This document shows, one piece after another, positions 27,960-38,192 of a DNA stretch of 64,000 bases. This stretch comes from a virus. Where the stretch lies: positions 27,795-91,794 of IMG/VR virus record IMGVR_UViG_3300042368_001013. One strand, written 5' to 3'. A program made the translations under genes and the position numbers. A model generated the notes under the pieces. That model saw only the letters and a list, made by a program, of their open reading frames with translations. It searched no databases and had not been told where the DNA came from. Each line of letters opens with the position of its first letter. Position 1 is the stretch's first letter.

Positions 27960-28631
27960 ATGTTTGATCAATTTTATAACAAAAGCTTAAGAAAACTTGT
28001 AGTCGGATTTGGAACATTATTTAATAATATTAATGTTAGTCACCAAAACCCAGATAATCCAAATGATCCTTTGGAAATACGAGTTCCAATAACTTATGCA
28101 CCCCAAGAAAAATTTATTAGAAGGTTGTTGGAACCATCATCTATTACTGACACCACTAGAATTGAAAATCAACTTCCAAGATTAAGTTATATAATGACAA
28201 CTGTGGTTCCTGATTCTACACGAAGAAGATCAAAATTTATGCCTTTATTTTCTTCAAACCAATCAGGAGGTCAATGTTCCTCTACAGGAAATGTTATTAA
28301 TGAACAAGTTCCTGTAAATGTTGGTTTTAGTTTATATGTTTATACACGACATATTGATGATACCTTGCAGATTATAGAACAAATAATTCCATATTTCAAT
28401 CCAGATCATATCGTTGAATTGGATTTAAATGATGCTCAGACAAATGTAAGAATACCAATAATAATGACCAGCAGTAATATATCTGAGAGATTTGATGGAG
28501 ATTTTGGTTCTAGAAGAGTAAATATTTCTTCTATATCTTTTATAGCTAAGAGTTACATATATGGAAAGGTTACGCCATCAGTTAGTACAATTACTTCTAC
28601 TGATTTGGATTTTGATTTTAATAATGCTTAA
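27960..28631 (+). CDS. gp15: Tail sheath stabiliser/terminator gp15
   Basis: FYN.S.RK.VVGFGTLFNNI, VPI.YAP.EKF, QIIEQIIPYFNP. Confidence 0.95.
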   Translation: MFDQFYNKSLRKLVVGFGTLFNNINVSHQNPDNPNDPLEIRVPITYAPQEKFIRRLLEPSSITDTTRIENQLPRLSYIMTTVVPDSTRRRSKFMPLFSSNQSGGQCSSTGNVINEQVPVNVGFSLYVYTRHIDDTLQIIEQIIPYFNPDHIVELDLNDAQTNVRIPIIMTSSNISERFDGDFGSRRVNISSISFIAKSYIYGKVTPSVSTITSTDLDFDFNNA

Positions 28632-29070
28632 TAAAAATTTAACAAACTTTTTTAATTTGCCGGATGAAAAAGAATCTAAAGTTTCTAAAGATGTTGCGGG
28701 GGGGACATTTGATTTAGGAAATTTTCAAAAAGATTATGAATCTGTTCAATTAAATTTAAAAGATTTAATACAAAATGGAAATGTTGCTTTAGAAAGTGCC
28801 CTTAAAGTTGCAACAGAATCAGATTCCCCAAGAGCTTTTGAGGTAGTTGCAATACTCTTAAAAACAATGGCAGATTTGAATAATAATGTTTTGGATGTTC
28901 ATAAAAAAGCAAAAGCAACAACAGCAGATATAAAAACGTCAATTAAACAAACCAACAATGCAGTTTTTGTTGGATCAACCAAAGATCTTCAAAATCTGTT
29001 AAATAAAGAAAGAAGCACTGAAAAAGAAGTGATTGAAGCTGAGGTTGTAAAAGATGGCTCAAAGCAATAA
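28624..29070 (+). CDS. gp16: Terminase small subunit
   Basis: DYE, A.ESDSPRAFEVVA, NNAVFVGST.DLQ. Confidence 0.92.
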   Translation: MLNKNLTNFFNLPDEKESKVSKDVAGGTFDLGNFQKDYESVQLNLKDLIQNGNVALESALKVATESDSPRAFEVVAILLKTMADLNNNVLDVHKKAKATTADIKTSIKQTNNAVFVGSTKDLQNLLNKERSTEKEVIEAEVVKDGSKQ

Positions 29071-30697
29071 CCAAGGTTATAGAAATAATCCAAAACTAAA
29101 GCATCCCGGTATTCAGTTAAATTATACTGAAGAAGAATTAAAAGAATACGTAAAATGTTCAAAAGATCCGGTTTATTTTTGTAGTAAATATGTAAAAGTT
29201 AAAACTCTAGACAGAGGAGTTATGCCCTTTGAACTATACGATTATCAGCAACGATTTGTAAAGACAATTCATGAAAATAGATTTACTATTTCAAAATGGC
29301 CTCGCCAATCAGGTAAATCTACATCAGTTATTGGTTACATTACACATTATGTGACCTTTAATCAGTCAGTAAGCTGTGCAATTCTGGCTAACAAGTTAAA
29401 AACTGCAAAAGATGAATTATTTGCTAAACTTCAATTAGCATATGAGAACTTACCACATTTTCTTCAACAGGGCGTGGTAGAATGGAACAAGACAAGCTTT
29501 AAACTGGAAAATGGGTCTAGAGTGGTCTGCGACGCAACATCGTCCTCGGCCATTCGTGGTGGCTCCTATAACCTTCTACTTTTGGACGAATACGCCTTCT
29601 TGCCTTCCCATATAGCAGAAGAATTTTATTCATCAACATACCCAACAATTTCAGCGGGTTTGACCACAAAACTTATTATTGTATCCACTCCAAATGGAAT
29701 GAATCATTTTCATAAACTTTGGATTGATGCAAATAGAGCAGAAGGGCATAAATTAAAAAATAAATTTGTGCCTATTGAGGTATCTTGGAGAGATGTCCCT
29801 ATAACTCCCGGTGGCCCACGCAGAGATGACGTATGGGCAGCTGAACAGATAGCAAATACAAGCGAAGAACAATTTCAACAAGAATATGGTTGTAGCTTTC
29901 TTGGTTCATCTAATACTTTAATTTCTTCAACAAAATTAAATGTATTGGCTCCAGAAGAATTTTTGTCTGAAGATAAAGAAGGCATAAGAACATTTAGAGA
30001 ACCAAATAAAGATGATGTGTATTTTTTAATGGCTGACGTTTCTCGTGGCCAAGGGTCCGATTATTCAGCAATAACAGTAATAAATGGTAGCAAAACACCA
30101 TATGAAGTTGTGGCTACATATAGAAACAATACAGTTAGTCCATTTCATTTCCCAACAATTATAAAAAATATTGCCGAAAAATATAATGGTGCTTATGTAT
30201 TGGTTGAAACTAATGACATTGGTGGTCAAGTAGCAAATATTTTATATAATGATCTTGAATATGAAAATCTTTTAATGACCATCATTAAAGGAAGAAAGGG
30301 GCAAATTTTATCTCAAGGATTTGCAAGCAACCGTAGTGAATTTGGACTTAGAACCACTGCCCAAACAAAAAAACTAGGTTGTTCTATTTTAAAAAGGTTA
30401 ATCGAAGAAGATAAAATTTTAATAAATGACGATAGGGTCATACAAGAATTAATGACTTTTGTGTCCAAATCTAATACTTTTAAAGCTGATGACGGGCACA
30501 ATGATGATCTAGTAATGACTTTGGTGTTCTTTGCTTGGCTTTGTAGACAAGAATATTTTCCAGATTTAATTGAATCAGGAAAATTAAATTTTGAAGAAGC
30601 AAAAAATGCAGAAGAAGATAATACTTTGTTTATGTTAAACCCACTTGACGACGAAGATAAATACTCCGATGGAGAGGTTGTATGGTATCCTGCATAA
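29054..30697 (+). CDS. gp17: Terminase large subunit
   Basis: PRQSGKST Walker A, LLDEYAF, STPNGMNHF, DVSRG.G.DYSA, HNDDLVM. Confidence 0.98.
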   Translation: MAQSNNQGYRNNPKLKHPGIQLNYTEEELKEYVKCSKDPVYFCSKYVKVKTLDRGVMPFELYDYQQRFVKTIHENRFTISKWPRQSGKSTSVIGYITHYVTFNQSVSCAILANKLKTAKDELFAKLQLAYENLPHFLQQGVVEWNKTSFKLENGSRVVCDATSSSAIRGGSYNLLLLDEYAFLPSHIAEEFYSSTYPTISAGLTTKLIIVSTPNGMNHFHKLWIDANRAEGHKLKNKFVPIEVSWRDVPITPGGPRRDDVWAAEQIANTSEEQFQQEYGCSFLGSSNTLISSTKLNVLAPEEFLSEDKEGIRTFREPNKDDVYFLMADVSRGQGSDYSAITVINGSKTPYEVVATYRNNTVSPFHFPTIIKNIAEKYNGAYVLVETNDIGGQVANILYNDLEYENLLMTIIKGRKGQILSQGFASNRSEFGLRTTAQTKKLGCSILKRLIEEDKILINDDRVIQELMTFVSKSNTFKADDGHNDDLVMTLVFFAWLCRQEYFPDLIESGKLNFEEAKNAEEDNTLFMLNPLDDEDKYSDGEVVWYPA

Positions 30698-30729
30698 AAT
30701 TCTAAATATTTTTATTACAAGGTAAACGA

Positions 30730-32031
30730 ATGCCAACATTAAATTCTTTTATTTCCCCTTCAATCTTTAGCACCGAAAGTACTACAAATCCTTTATATGC
30801 AGGTATGATCGCAGGAGCAACTTATGCGATCCCAACATTTACTGGTGCCAGCGGTGCCGCCTCAAACGATCCTGGTGGCCTTTATGGCTGGTTGATGTAT
30901 AGCAGAACCCAATTGGCAAACCCAGTTCGTGGTACCACTAGCGAAACATATATTGAATATTCAGACTATAATAGCTTTATAAACGATTTAAATCTTTTAA
31001 GTGGTATAACTTATTGCTTAGTCTCAAGGACAACCGAAGGCGGTACACAAGGTTTCTTTTCATATGCTGGAACAAAAGTTACTCCAAGAACCAATGGATA
31101 TGACTTTTTACATGCTTTAAATTATCTTTCTTACGGTGGTAGCCTTGTTATTGCTGGTACAACCACTGGACTTAAAAATTATTTAAATGCCAACTCCTAC
31201 AAGTTAGATATTTTAATGGGACAAACAGGCAATACTGCTACTGTTCCATTTGTAAGAGATAATGATTATATCTTTGGAGTATTTGCATCAAGCAGTGATG
31301 GTGCGGGATTTACAGCAATTAACTATGATTCGTTAATGGGGCCTGCATTTGTTCCATTTAGCCAAGGTGCTACCGCATCCGATAGAATCTTTAATGTAGG
31401 GGCACAAAGTTTTAAAGCTCCGTTTGCAACAGATAGTTTAATTTCTAATACAACTCTTGAATACACAATTTCATCGGTATCAGATGTTGCTGGTGCATTT
31501 ACCAGATCTAAGAATACAAATAGTTTGCCATTAACTGTAGCTGGATCTAATTTTTCTACACCACTAAACACAAAAATTAATAACATTGTTGATTGGAGTG
31601 ATGAAGCTACCAAAAATATTTACAAGAAAAACAGAGTTAATTTTTATACAAAAATTGATACTAATACTTTTACCAATTATTTCTTAGGATCTGATTTGGT
31701 TGGTGCTACTGCAGGTGCAGGTGCCACCTATACTTCATCTGAAAGAGTTGGTCCTGCATATCTACAAAATTATATTCAAAATAATGTAAATGACATTTTG
31801 CTCAAATATATTTTTGCTATAAACAACTCTACAACCAGATCATCGGTAAGCACAGAAATAGGATCATTTATTCTAAGTATTTCGCAATACATTGATCCTA
31901 CATTTACTCAAATTATATGTGATACCACAAATAATACTGATAATTCTGCTACATTGAGTGCAGATGTAACAGTAAAACCAATTCTTTCGACAACCACTTA
32001 TACAGTGACTGCATCAGTATCTAATACCTAA
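30730..32031 (+). CDS. gp18: Tail sheath protein gp18, divergent and short (433 aa)
   Basis: Position between gp17 and gp19; NYLSYGGSL; IFAINN..TR, IICDTTNNT, VTVKP. Confidence 0.75.
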   Translation: MPTLNSFISPSIFSTESTTNPLYAGMIAGATYAIPTFTGASGAASNDPGGLYGWLMYSRTQLANPVRGTTSETYIEYSDYNSFINDLNLLSGITYCLVSRTTEGGTQGFFSYAGTKVTPRTNGYDFLHALNYLSYGGSLVIAGTTTGLKNYLNANSYKLDILMGQTGNTATVPFVRDNDYIFGVFASSSDGAGFTAINYDSLMGPAFVPFSQGATASDRIFNVGAQSFKAPFATDSLISNTTLEYTISSVSDVAGAFTRSKNTNSLPLTVAGSNFSTPLNTKINNIVDWSDEATKNIYKKNRVNFYTKIDTNTFTNYFLGSDLVGATAGAGATYTSSERVGPAYLQNYIQNNVNDILLKYIFAINNSTTRSSVSTEIGSFILSISQYIDPTFTQIICDTTNNTDNSATLSADVTVKPILSTTTYTVTASVSNT

Positions 32032-32034
32032 TAA

Positions 32035-32607
32035 ATGTCATCTAACAATTCAATATCCAATTTTAAAAATGCATTTGGCGGTGGTACTAGAGCCAATAGG
32101 TTTGAAGTGACCGGAATTTTTCCAACTGTTGATGATTTTGGTGTTGGGCCTGTATCAGTTGGGGCTAATGAAACAAAATTTAAAATTTTTGCTACAAGTA
32201 TGCCTAAAGCAGAAGTCGGAACAATTCAAGTTCCATATAGAGGTAGACTTTTAAATTTTGCTGGAGACAGATCATATGGCAACTGGGCAGTTTCAATATA
32301 TGATGACAATAATACTAATAATCTATGGAAAGCTTTTAATACTTGGAAAGAATTATTAGACGGCCATTTAACACATCAAGTTGCAAATAGTGATTTTGAT
32401 TATAGTACTTTACAAAGAGATTGGACTGTAAAACAACTTCCTTTAAATGGACAACCAAGCGGAACTACTCCATTAAGACAAATAACTTTAAAAAATTGTT
32501 GGCCAAGCCAGATCAGTAGCATGGATTTTGATATGGCAAAAGCAGATCAAACAATATTTAATGTCGTATTGACATTTGATTGGTATTCAATAGATATAGG
32601 TATCTGA
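32035..32607 (+). CDS. gp19: Tail tube protein, copy 1
   Basis: GGG.RANRFEV, VPYRGR...AGDR.Y..W. Confidence 0.9.
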   Translation: MSSNNSISNFKNAFGGGTRANRFEVTGIFPTVDDFGVGPVSVGANETKFKIFATSMPKAEVGTIQVPYRGRLLNFAGDRSYGNWAVSIYDDNNTNNLWKAFNTWKELLDGHLTHQVANSDFDYSTLQRDWTVKQLPLNGQPSGTTPLRQITLKNCWPSQISSMDFDMAKADQTIFNVVLTFDWYSIDIGI

Positions 32608-32609
32608 AC

Positions 32610-33164
32610 ATGACAATACACATTTCTGATTTTAAAAATGCATTTTCGGGGGGAGCAAGACAAAATAGATTTGTTGTAACTGGAAATTTTCCAGGAGATG
32701 AACAAAGTGGTGGATCTGTATCATCATTTCATATAAGAGCCACACAAATTCCATCATTGTCAACTTTAACTTTAGAATACAATTATTTTGGTAGAAAAGG
32801 TTATTATCCAGGAGAAAAACAATATTCTGCTTGGAGTGTTGCGATTATAGATGATACACCAGAATTATATAATAGCTGGAAAAAATTTCATAATTGGCAA
32901 AATCAAATAAACGCACATACTACTAATATTTCTGATTTTCCCATAAATTATAAACAAGATGGCTGGACTGTTCAGCAACTAAACTTAAATGGTGAGGCAG
33001 ATCCTTCATTAAAACAATTTAAGATGTATGGAGTTTGGCCGAGAAGTATCATGGATATGCCTCTTAATATGGCCAACCCAAACACAATAAATCAATTTAC
33101 TGTTGTTTTTATTTACGATTATATAGAACTATATGCAGGAACTAATAAGATAACTGGCACTTAA
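32610..33164 (+). CDS. gp19: Tail tube protein, copy 2 (divergent)
   Basis: ISDFKNAFSGGARQNRF.V, YFGRK...PGE..Y..W, GVWP, F.YDY. Confidence 0.8.
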   Translation: MTIHISDFKNAFSGGARQNRFVVTGNFPGDEQSGGSVSSFHIRATQIPSLSTLTLEYNYFGRKGYYPGEKQYSAWSVAIIDDTPELYNSWKKFHNWQNQINAHTTNISDFPINYKQDGWTVQQLNLNGEADPSLKQFKMYGVWPRSIMDMPLNMANPNTINQFTVVFIYDYIELYAGTNKITGT

Positions 33165-33185
33165 TAAAAGGTGATAAATAATCAT

Positions 33186-34742
33186 ATGGAAATTGAACTA
33201 TTTGGATTTGAATTTGGAAAGAAAAAGACTGCAGAAAAAACTCAAGAAGATATTTTGCAAAAATTTTCAGTACCCGAGACTTACGATGGTACTGTAACTG
33301 TTGAGGCTGGTGGGTTTTTTAGTAGTGCTATTGATTATACTGGTGCGCTAAGAGACGAATCAAGTAACATTATTCAATATAGAAATATGGCCGTTTATCC
33401 TGAAGTAGATAATGCCATAGAAGAAATTGTTAATGCAGCCGTAGTAAAAGGAACTGACGGAAAGCCTGTTAAGATTGATTTGCGTGATGTTCCCATTTCC
33501 GATGGAATCAAAACTAAAATATACAAAGAATTTGATAGACTTACTCATCTATTAGATTTTCAAAACCGTGGATATGAAATTTTTAGAAGATGGTATATTG
33601 ATTCAAAACTTTTTTATAATGTTATAATTGATAAAGATAATCCACAAGAGGGAATACAAGAGATTATTCCAATTGATCCTTTAAAGATTAAAAAGATTCG
33701 TAAAGTAAAAAAAGAACCACAAAAGGGTTTTCAACAACCCATAAGCATGATAACAGAAATTGAAGAATATTATCTTTATACAGATTCTGATAAAGATTCT
33801 TATCTGTTAACTGGCCCCGGTGGTCTTCATCTTTCCACAGATAGTATTGTTTATGTTCAATCTGGTTTAATTGACATGAATACCAAGAGAGTTCTTGGTT
33901 ATCTGCATAAAGCCATAAGACCATTAAACATGCTTAGACAACTAGAAGATGCTCTTCTAGTTTACCGCGTAGCTCGTGCCCCAGAACGCAGAGTGTTCTA
34001 TGTTGACGTTGGTCAATTACCAAAACAAAAAGCAGAACAATATATGCGTGATATGATGAGCCGATTTAGAAATCGGGTAATTTATAACCAAAGTACTGGT
34101 GAAATTAGAGACGAAAAAAACCATGTCTCAGTTTTGGAAGATTATTGGTTGCCACGGCGTGAAGGTTCACAAGGAACACAAATTATAACTCTTCCCGGTG
34201 GTAATGCAATGTCACAAATTGAAGACGTTGATTACTTTAAAAAGAAGCTTTATAATTCTTTGAATGTCCCCCTTAGCCGTTTGGTTGCTGATCAAACTGG
34301 ATTTAACATGGGTAGGTCTGTTGAAATTACCAGAGAAGAAGTAAAGTTTTATAAATTTATTGATAGACTCAGAGCGCATTTCTCAAAACTATTTTATGAT
34401 ATGTTGCGCGTACAATTGTTGCTACGTGGAATAGTCACAGAAGACGATTGGGCTGCATTAAAGCAAGAAATTAAATTTGTTTATAATACTGACAATTATT
34501 TCTGGGATCTAAAAGAAGCTGAAATTCTTGCGGAACGCATCAAGATGCTTTCTATAGTTGAGCCATACGTTGGAAAGTATTTCTCGTCAGAATTTATTCG
34601 TAGAAAAATATTGAAGCAAACTGATGAAGAGATGCAAGTAATAGATCAACAAATGAAAATAGACATAGAAAAAATGCGTCAACAACAGATGCAACAGGCT
34701 ATGTTGCAGCAAATGCAAGCACAAACAGGACAAGAACAATGA
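33186..34742 (+). CDS. gp20: Portal vertex protein
   Basis: MEIELFGF start; FRRWYID, YLHKAI.P.N.LR.LED, RAPERRVFY.DVG.LP, EDYWLPRREG. Confidence 0.98.
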   Translation: MEIELFGFEFGKKKTAEKTQEDILQKFSVPETYDGTVTVEAGGFFSSAIDYTGALRDESSNIIQYRNMAVYPEVDNAIEEIVNAAVVKGTDGKPVKIDLRDVPISDGIKTKIYKEFDRLTHLLDFQNRGYEIFRRWYIDSKLFYNVIIDKDNPQEGIQEIIPIDPLKIKKIRKVKKEPQKGFQQPISMITEIEEYYLYTDSDKDSYLLTGPGGLHLSTDSIVYVQSGLIDMNTKRVLGYLHKAIRPLNMLRQLEDALLVYRVARAPERRVFYVDVGQLPKQKAEQYMRDMMSRFRNRVIYNQSTGEIRDEKNHVSVLEDYWLPRREGSQGTQIITLPGGNAMSQIEDVDYFKKKLYNSLNVPLSRLVADQTGFNMGRSVEITREEVKFYKFIDRLRAHFSKLFYDMLRVQLLLRGIVTEDDWAALKQEIKFVYNTDNYFWDLKEAEILAERIKMLSIVEPYVGKYFSSEFIRRKILKQTDEEMQVIDQQMKIDIEKMRQQQMQQAMLQQMQAQTGQEQ

Positions 34743-35158
34743 TGGATTTATCTACTAAAATTTTAAAAAATGGAATTCAAAACCTTTTAGAGGATGAAGA
34801 TCAAGCTTTTAAAAAGTCTCTTTCTGATTGTTTATCATTTAAAATTAATGAAGCAATAAATGAAGTAAAAGAAAATTTAAATGAAAAGTTTTTTGTCAAT
34901 GAATCCATTACTGAGGAATCAGACGAATTAAAATATTTTATTGAGTTTGTTGAAAAATATGATTCAAAACTCAATAATAAAATTAAATTAAAAAACCAAT
35001 CTTACTTATCTTTAACTGAAGGAGAATTTAAAGATTTAGTAAATTTGTTTGATAGTTTGTCTTCTAAAAATAGACAAATTATGCTTGAAGATATTTTAAG
35101 CACTCCACATCAACTTAAATCAAATATTAATTTTTATAAAAATTATAAAAATAAATAA
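34739..35158 (+). CDS. Prohead core-type protein (gp67/gp68 slot)
   Basis: Position between gp20 and gp21; acidic helical composition. Confidence 0.5.
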   Translation: MMDLSTKILKNGIQNLLEDEDQAFKKSLSDCLSFKINEAINEVKENLNEKFFVNESITEESDELKYFIEFVEKYDSKLNNKIKLKNQSYLSLTEGEFKDLVNLFDSLSSKNRQIMLEDILSTPHQLKSNINFYKNYKNK

Positions 35159-35192
35159 TCACAGTCTTTAACAATAATAAATAATAATAACC

Positions 35193-35684
35193 ATGGAAAA
35201 TAAAGTTTCAAATTTAATTAAAAATGTTTTAGAAGAAAATGCTGTTAAGTTTAAAGAACATACTTCTGAAATTTTGTATTCAAAAGTTTCAAATAGATTG
35301 AAACAACAATATGTTGAAGTTTCTAAAAACTTATTCAAGAATATAAATGAAAGGGTAGGATATCCGGAGTATATTGTTGAACCGGAAATGTCTGCACCTC
35401 CTCCTGCAAAAGGTGATGATAAACCTTCAAAAGAAAAAGGTTGGCCTGATCCAGGACCACCTCCAAGAAATCCATATCCAGATGGTCCTGGACCAAAGCC
35501 AGAACGTAAAAATTTTCCAAAAGGCCCTGAAGGCAATGAATTATATTTGGAAGCTCTGAGTGCTTGGGAGGCAAGAATAAAAGCAATACAAGAATATAAA
35601 AAGAAATATGCAGAATGGTATACTGCATATCAAAGGTGGAGAGGTAAGTATCCAACAACAGGTCCTGATGCTCCACAATCATAA
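35193..35684 (+). CDS. Prohead core-like N-terminus fused to a Pro-rich/aromatic C-terminus
   Basis: Position; PGPPPRNPYPDGPGP segment; late box 35176-35183. Confidence 0.55.
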   Translation: MENKVSNLIKNVLEENAVKFKEHTSEILYSKVSNRLKQQYVEVSKNLFKNINERVGYPEYIVEPEMSAPPPAKGDDKPSKEKGWPDPGPPPRNPYPDGPGPKPERKNFPKGPEGNELYLEALSAWEARIKAIQEYKKKYAEWYTAYQRWRGKYPTTGPDAPQS

Positions 35685-35702
35685 AGATAAGAAAGATAAT
35701 AA

Positions 35703-36347
35703 ATGAAACTTATAACAGAATTAACAGAAGACATCAAATACATCAAAGAGAATGTAGGCAATGGAGATAAACATTACTTCATTGAAGGTGTTTTCATGCA
35801 GTCTGATGTTAAGAACAGAAACGGTCGGATATACCCCACCAACACTCTTTTAAAAGAGTGCAAAAGATATATCAACGAATACGTTCAAAAAGGCCGCGCT
35901 CTTGGTGAATTAAACCACCCAACTGGCCCAACTGTTAATCTTGATAGGGTTTCACATATCGTAAAAGAACTTTACCAAGATGGTAAAAATGTTTATGGTA
36001 AAGCCAAAGTTCTTGATACCCCAATGGGTAAGATTGTAAAAAATCTTATTGATGAAGGAGCTCAACTCGGAGTTTCTACACGTGGTATGGGTTCCCTAAA
36101 ATCAAAAGGCGGATATCAAGAAGTCCAAGAAGATTTTATGTTAGCCGCTATCGACATTGTTGCTGATCCATCAGCCCCAAATGCTTTCGTTAATGGAATC
36201 ATGGAAGGCAAAGAATGGGTATTTGACAATGGTATGTGGTCTGAAAGAGATCTAATGAGAAGCAGAAAAATTATTAAAAATTCTTCTTCCAAAAATCTTG
36301 ATAAAAACATTGTAAAAATATTTGAACAATATTTTAGGAATTTATAA
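35703..36347 (+). CDS. gp21: Prohead core protease
   Basis: IEGVFMQ...NRNGR.YP, ALGELNHP, LGVSTRGMGSL, DIVADPSAP.AFV.GIME. Confidence 0.98.
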   Translation: MKLITELTEDIKYIKENVGNGDKHYFIEGVFMQSDVKNRNGRIYPTNTLLKECKRYINEYVQKGRALGELNHPTGPTVNLDRVSHIVKELYQDGKNVYGKAKVLDTPMGKIVKNLIDEGAQLGVSTRGMGSLKSKGGYQEVQEDFMLAAIDIVADPSAPNAFVNGIMEGKEWVFDNGMWSERDLMRSRKIIKNSSSKNLDKNIVKIFEQYFRNL

Positions 36348-37087
36348 TGCCATTATTTGAGCCATACACCCAAAATATTTTACTAGAGGCCACAAGAAGA
36401 AAAAGAACCACAACTCGTGTCACCAAAAGCCCTAGCGGTGGTGGTGGAGGTGGTGGTGGCAGTATGGGTGTAACTGGTTCAACAGGTGCCATGAATACTC
36501 CTTGGGCAGGAACTCCTGTTGCTCCTGGAACTCAGATGCCAGATATTTCTATTCCAACTCAAGCGACCTGGGGTTCAATTAGTAAAATGGCAGATTCTTA
36601 TATTGACCATTATTTAAATAAAACAAATGTATTAGGTAATGTTGTCGGTGGTGTAGTTGGTGCAGTTAAGCCCTCTGCAGGAGCTGCAGCACAAAATGCC
36701 GCCTCTCTTATTGGAACGGATCCAGCAGTTAAATTTGCTGTAAAACGGGGTGTAAAAACTATTTTAGCACAACAATATCTTGGAAGTCCTTCTGGACAAA
36801 TTGAGGATATTCCCTCCATTATTGGTGGTGCTATAAGCCAAAGTGTACATGGAATACCACCCTCAAAACCATCTAAGGGAAGCAGATTTGGAATTTTAGG
36901 TGATAAAGTTTCTGATAAAGTAGGATCATTGGCTGCAATGGGTATAGATCCTCTTGATTGGGTTACAAATGCATTTGGTGCACAGTCTGCACTATCACAT
37001 ATGTCTGGTATTGGTAGCCAAACTGCCAACGCTGCTGTAGGCGCTGGTGGCTATCTGGAACGAGGCAAGCGAAAAGGAATTTATTAA
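36347..37087 (+). CDS. Gly/Ala-rich protein inserted between gp21 and gp22
   Basis: Coupled to the gp21 stop; ILLE|A; poly-Gly; glycine-zipper-like segments. Confidence 0.65.
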   Translation: MPLFEPYTQNILLEATRRKRTTTRVTKSPSGGGGGGGGSMGVTGSTGAMNTPWAGTPVAPGTQMPDISIPTQATWGSISKMADSYIDHYLNKTNVLGNVVGGVVGAVKPSAGAAAQNAASLIGTDPAVKFAVKRGVKTILAQQYLGSPSGQIEDIPSIIGGAISQSVHGIPPSKPSKGSRFGILGDKVSDKVGSLAAMGIDPLDWVTNAFGAQSALSHMSGIGSQTANAAVGAGGYLERGKRKGIY

Positions 37088-37122
37088 AAATTATAAATAA
37101 TTTAAGTTTCAAGGATATACTA

Positions 37123-38148
37123 ATGAATAATTTAAACCAACAATACACTCCCGTAAACGGTGACGCCCGTACCCCAGATGGTAAAGGTACCTTCACCCCA
37201 CAACCAGTGGTTAAGGCCAATAATTTGGCTAAAGCCCAAGTCCCAACTCCAGTAGCAGCTATGTCTGGCGCATTTGCACCAAACATGCGCACACCTGGTC
37301 CTTCTCAAACTTCTCAAGAACCCGAGGATGAATATTATGAAGAAGAAGAAGCTGATAATGCCAATGAATCCAGTGAGCCAACTGAAGTTGAAGAAAACAA
37401 TTCTTATCAATTCAGAAATGCTTTAATTTCTCTTCTTGGTGAAAATGTCTCTGGTGAATTGATTTCTCAACTTGAAGCTATCTTTGAAGCTGCTGTAAAA
37501 GAAAAATCAGATTCAAAAGTAAATAACATTGTAACTAAGATTGATGAAAATGTTGCTTCTTATCTAGAAAACGTCACCAATACTTTGGTTGAAAAGGTTG
37601 ATGACTATCTAGATTATGTCGTAGAAGAATGGATGCAAGATAATACTCTTGCAGTCGAACAAGGAATTAAGACTCAAATTGCTGAAAACTTTATCGGTGG
37701 TTTGAAGAATCTTTTTGAAAATCATTACATCGATGTTCCAAATGAAAAATACAATGCTCTTGACGAGTTGTATGCACAAAATAGAAATCTAGAACAATCC
37801 TTGAACAATACAATTAATGAAAACATCAACATTAAGAAAGAACTTATGTTGAATGAATGTGCCACCATCTTTGTTGCTGAGACAAAAGATTTGGCAGACA
37901 CTCAAATTGCAAAACTTCAATCATTGATGGAAAATGTATCCTTTGAAAATCCTGGTGAATATCAAGCAAAATTAAATGCAATTAGAAATAATTACATGAG
38001 CTCACAAGCAAATTTTGTACGTTCAGTTCCAGTTCAAAAATACCAACCAATCAATGAAGAAATGACCTTCTCTGCAGTTAGACCTTTAGAAAATTCTACT
38101 GTAGAAAACTATGCTAGCGTAATCGGAAAACTTAACAAAAAAGTATAA
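37123..38148 (+). CDS. gp22: Prohead scaffold protein
   Basis: IFEAAV, KVDDYLDYVVEEWM..N..AVE.GIK..IAE.F..GLK.LF..HYIDVP. Confidence 0.95.
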   Translation: MNNLNQQYTPVNGDARTPDGKGTFTPQPVVKANNLAKAQVPTPVAAMSGAFAPNMRTPGPSQTSQEPEDEYYEEEEADNANESSEPTEVEENNSYQFRNALISLLGENVSGELISQLEAIFEAAVKEKSDSKVNNIVTKIDENVASYLENVTNTLVEKVDDYLDYVVEEWMQDNTLAVEQGIKTQIAENFIGGLKNLFENHYIDVPNEKYNALDELYAQNRNLEQSLNNTINENINIKKELMLNECATIFVAETKDLADTQIAKLQSLMENVSFENPGEYQAKLNAIRNNYMSSQANFVRSVPVQKYQPINEEMTFSAVRPLENSTVENYASVIGKLNKKV

Positions 38149-38192
38149 AAAACAAAAATTATAAATAATTTTACTTAGGAGATATTACACAA

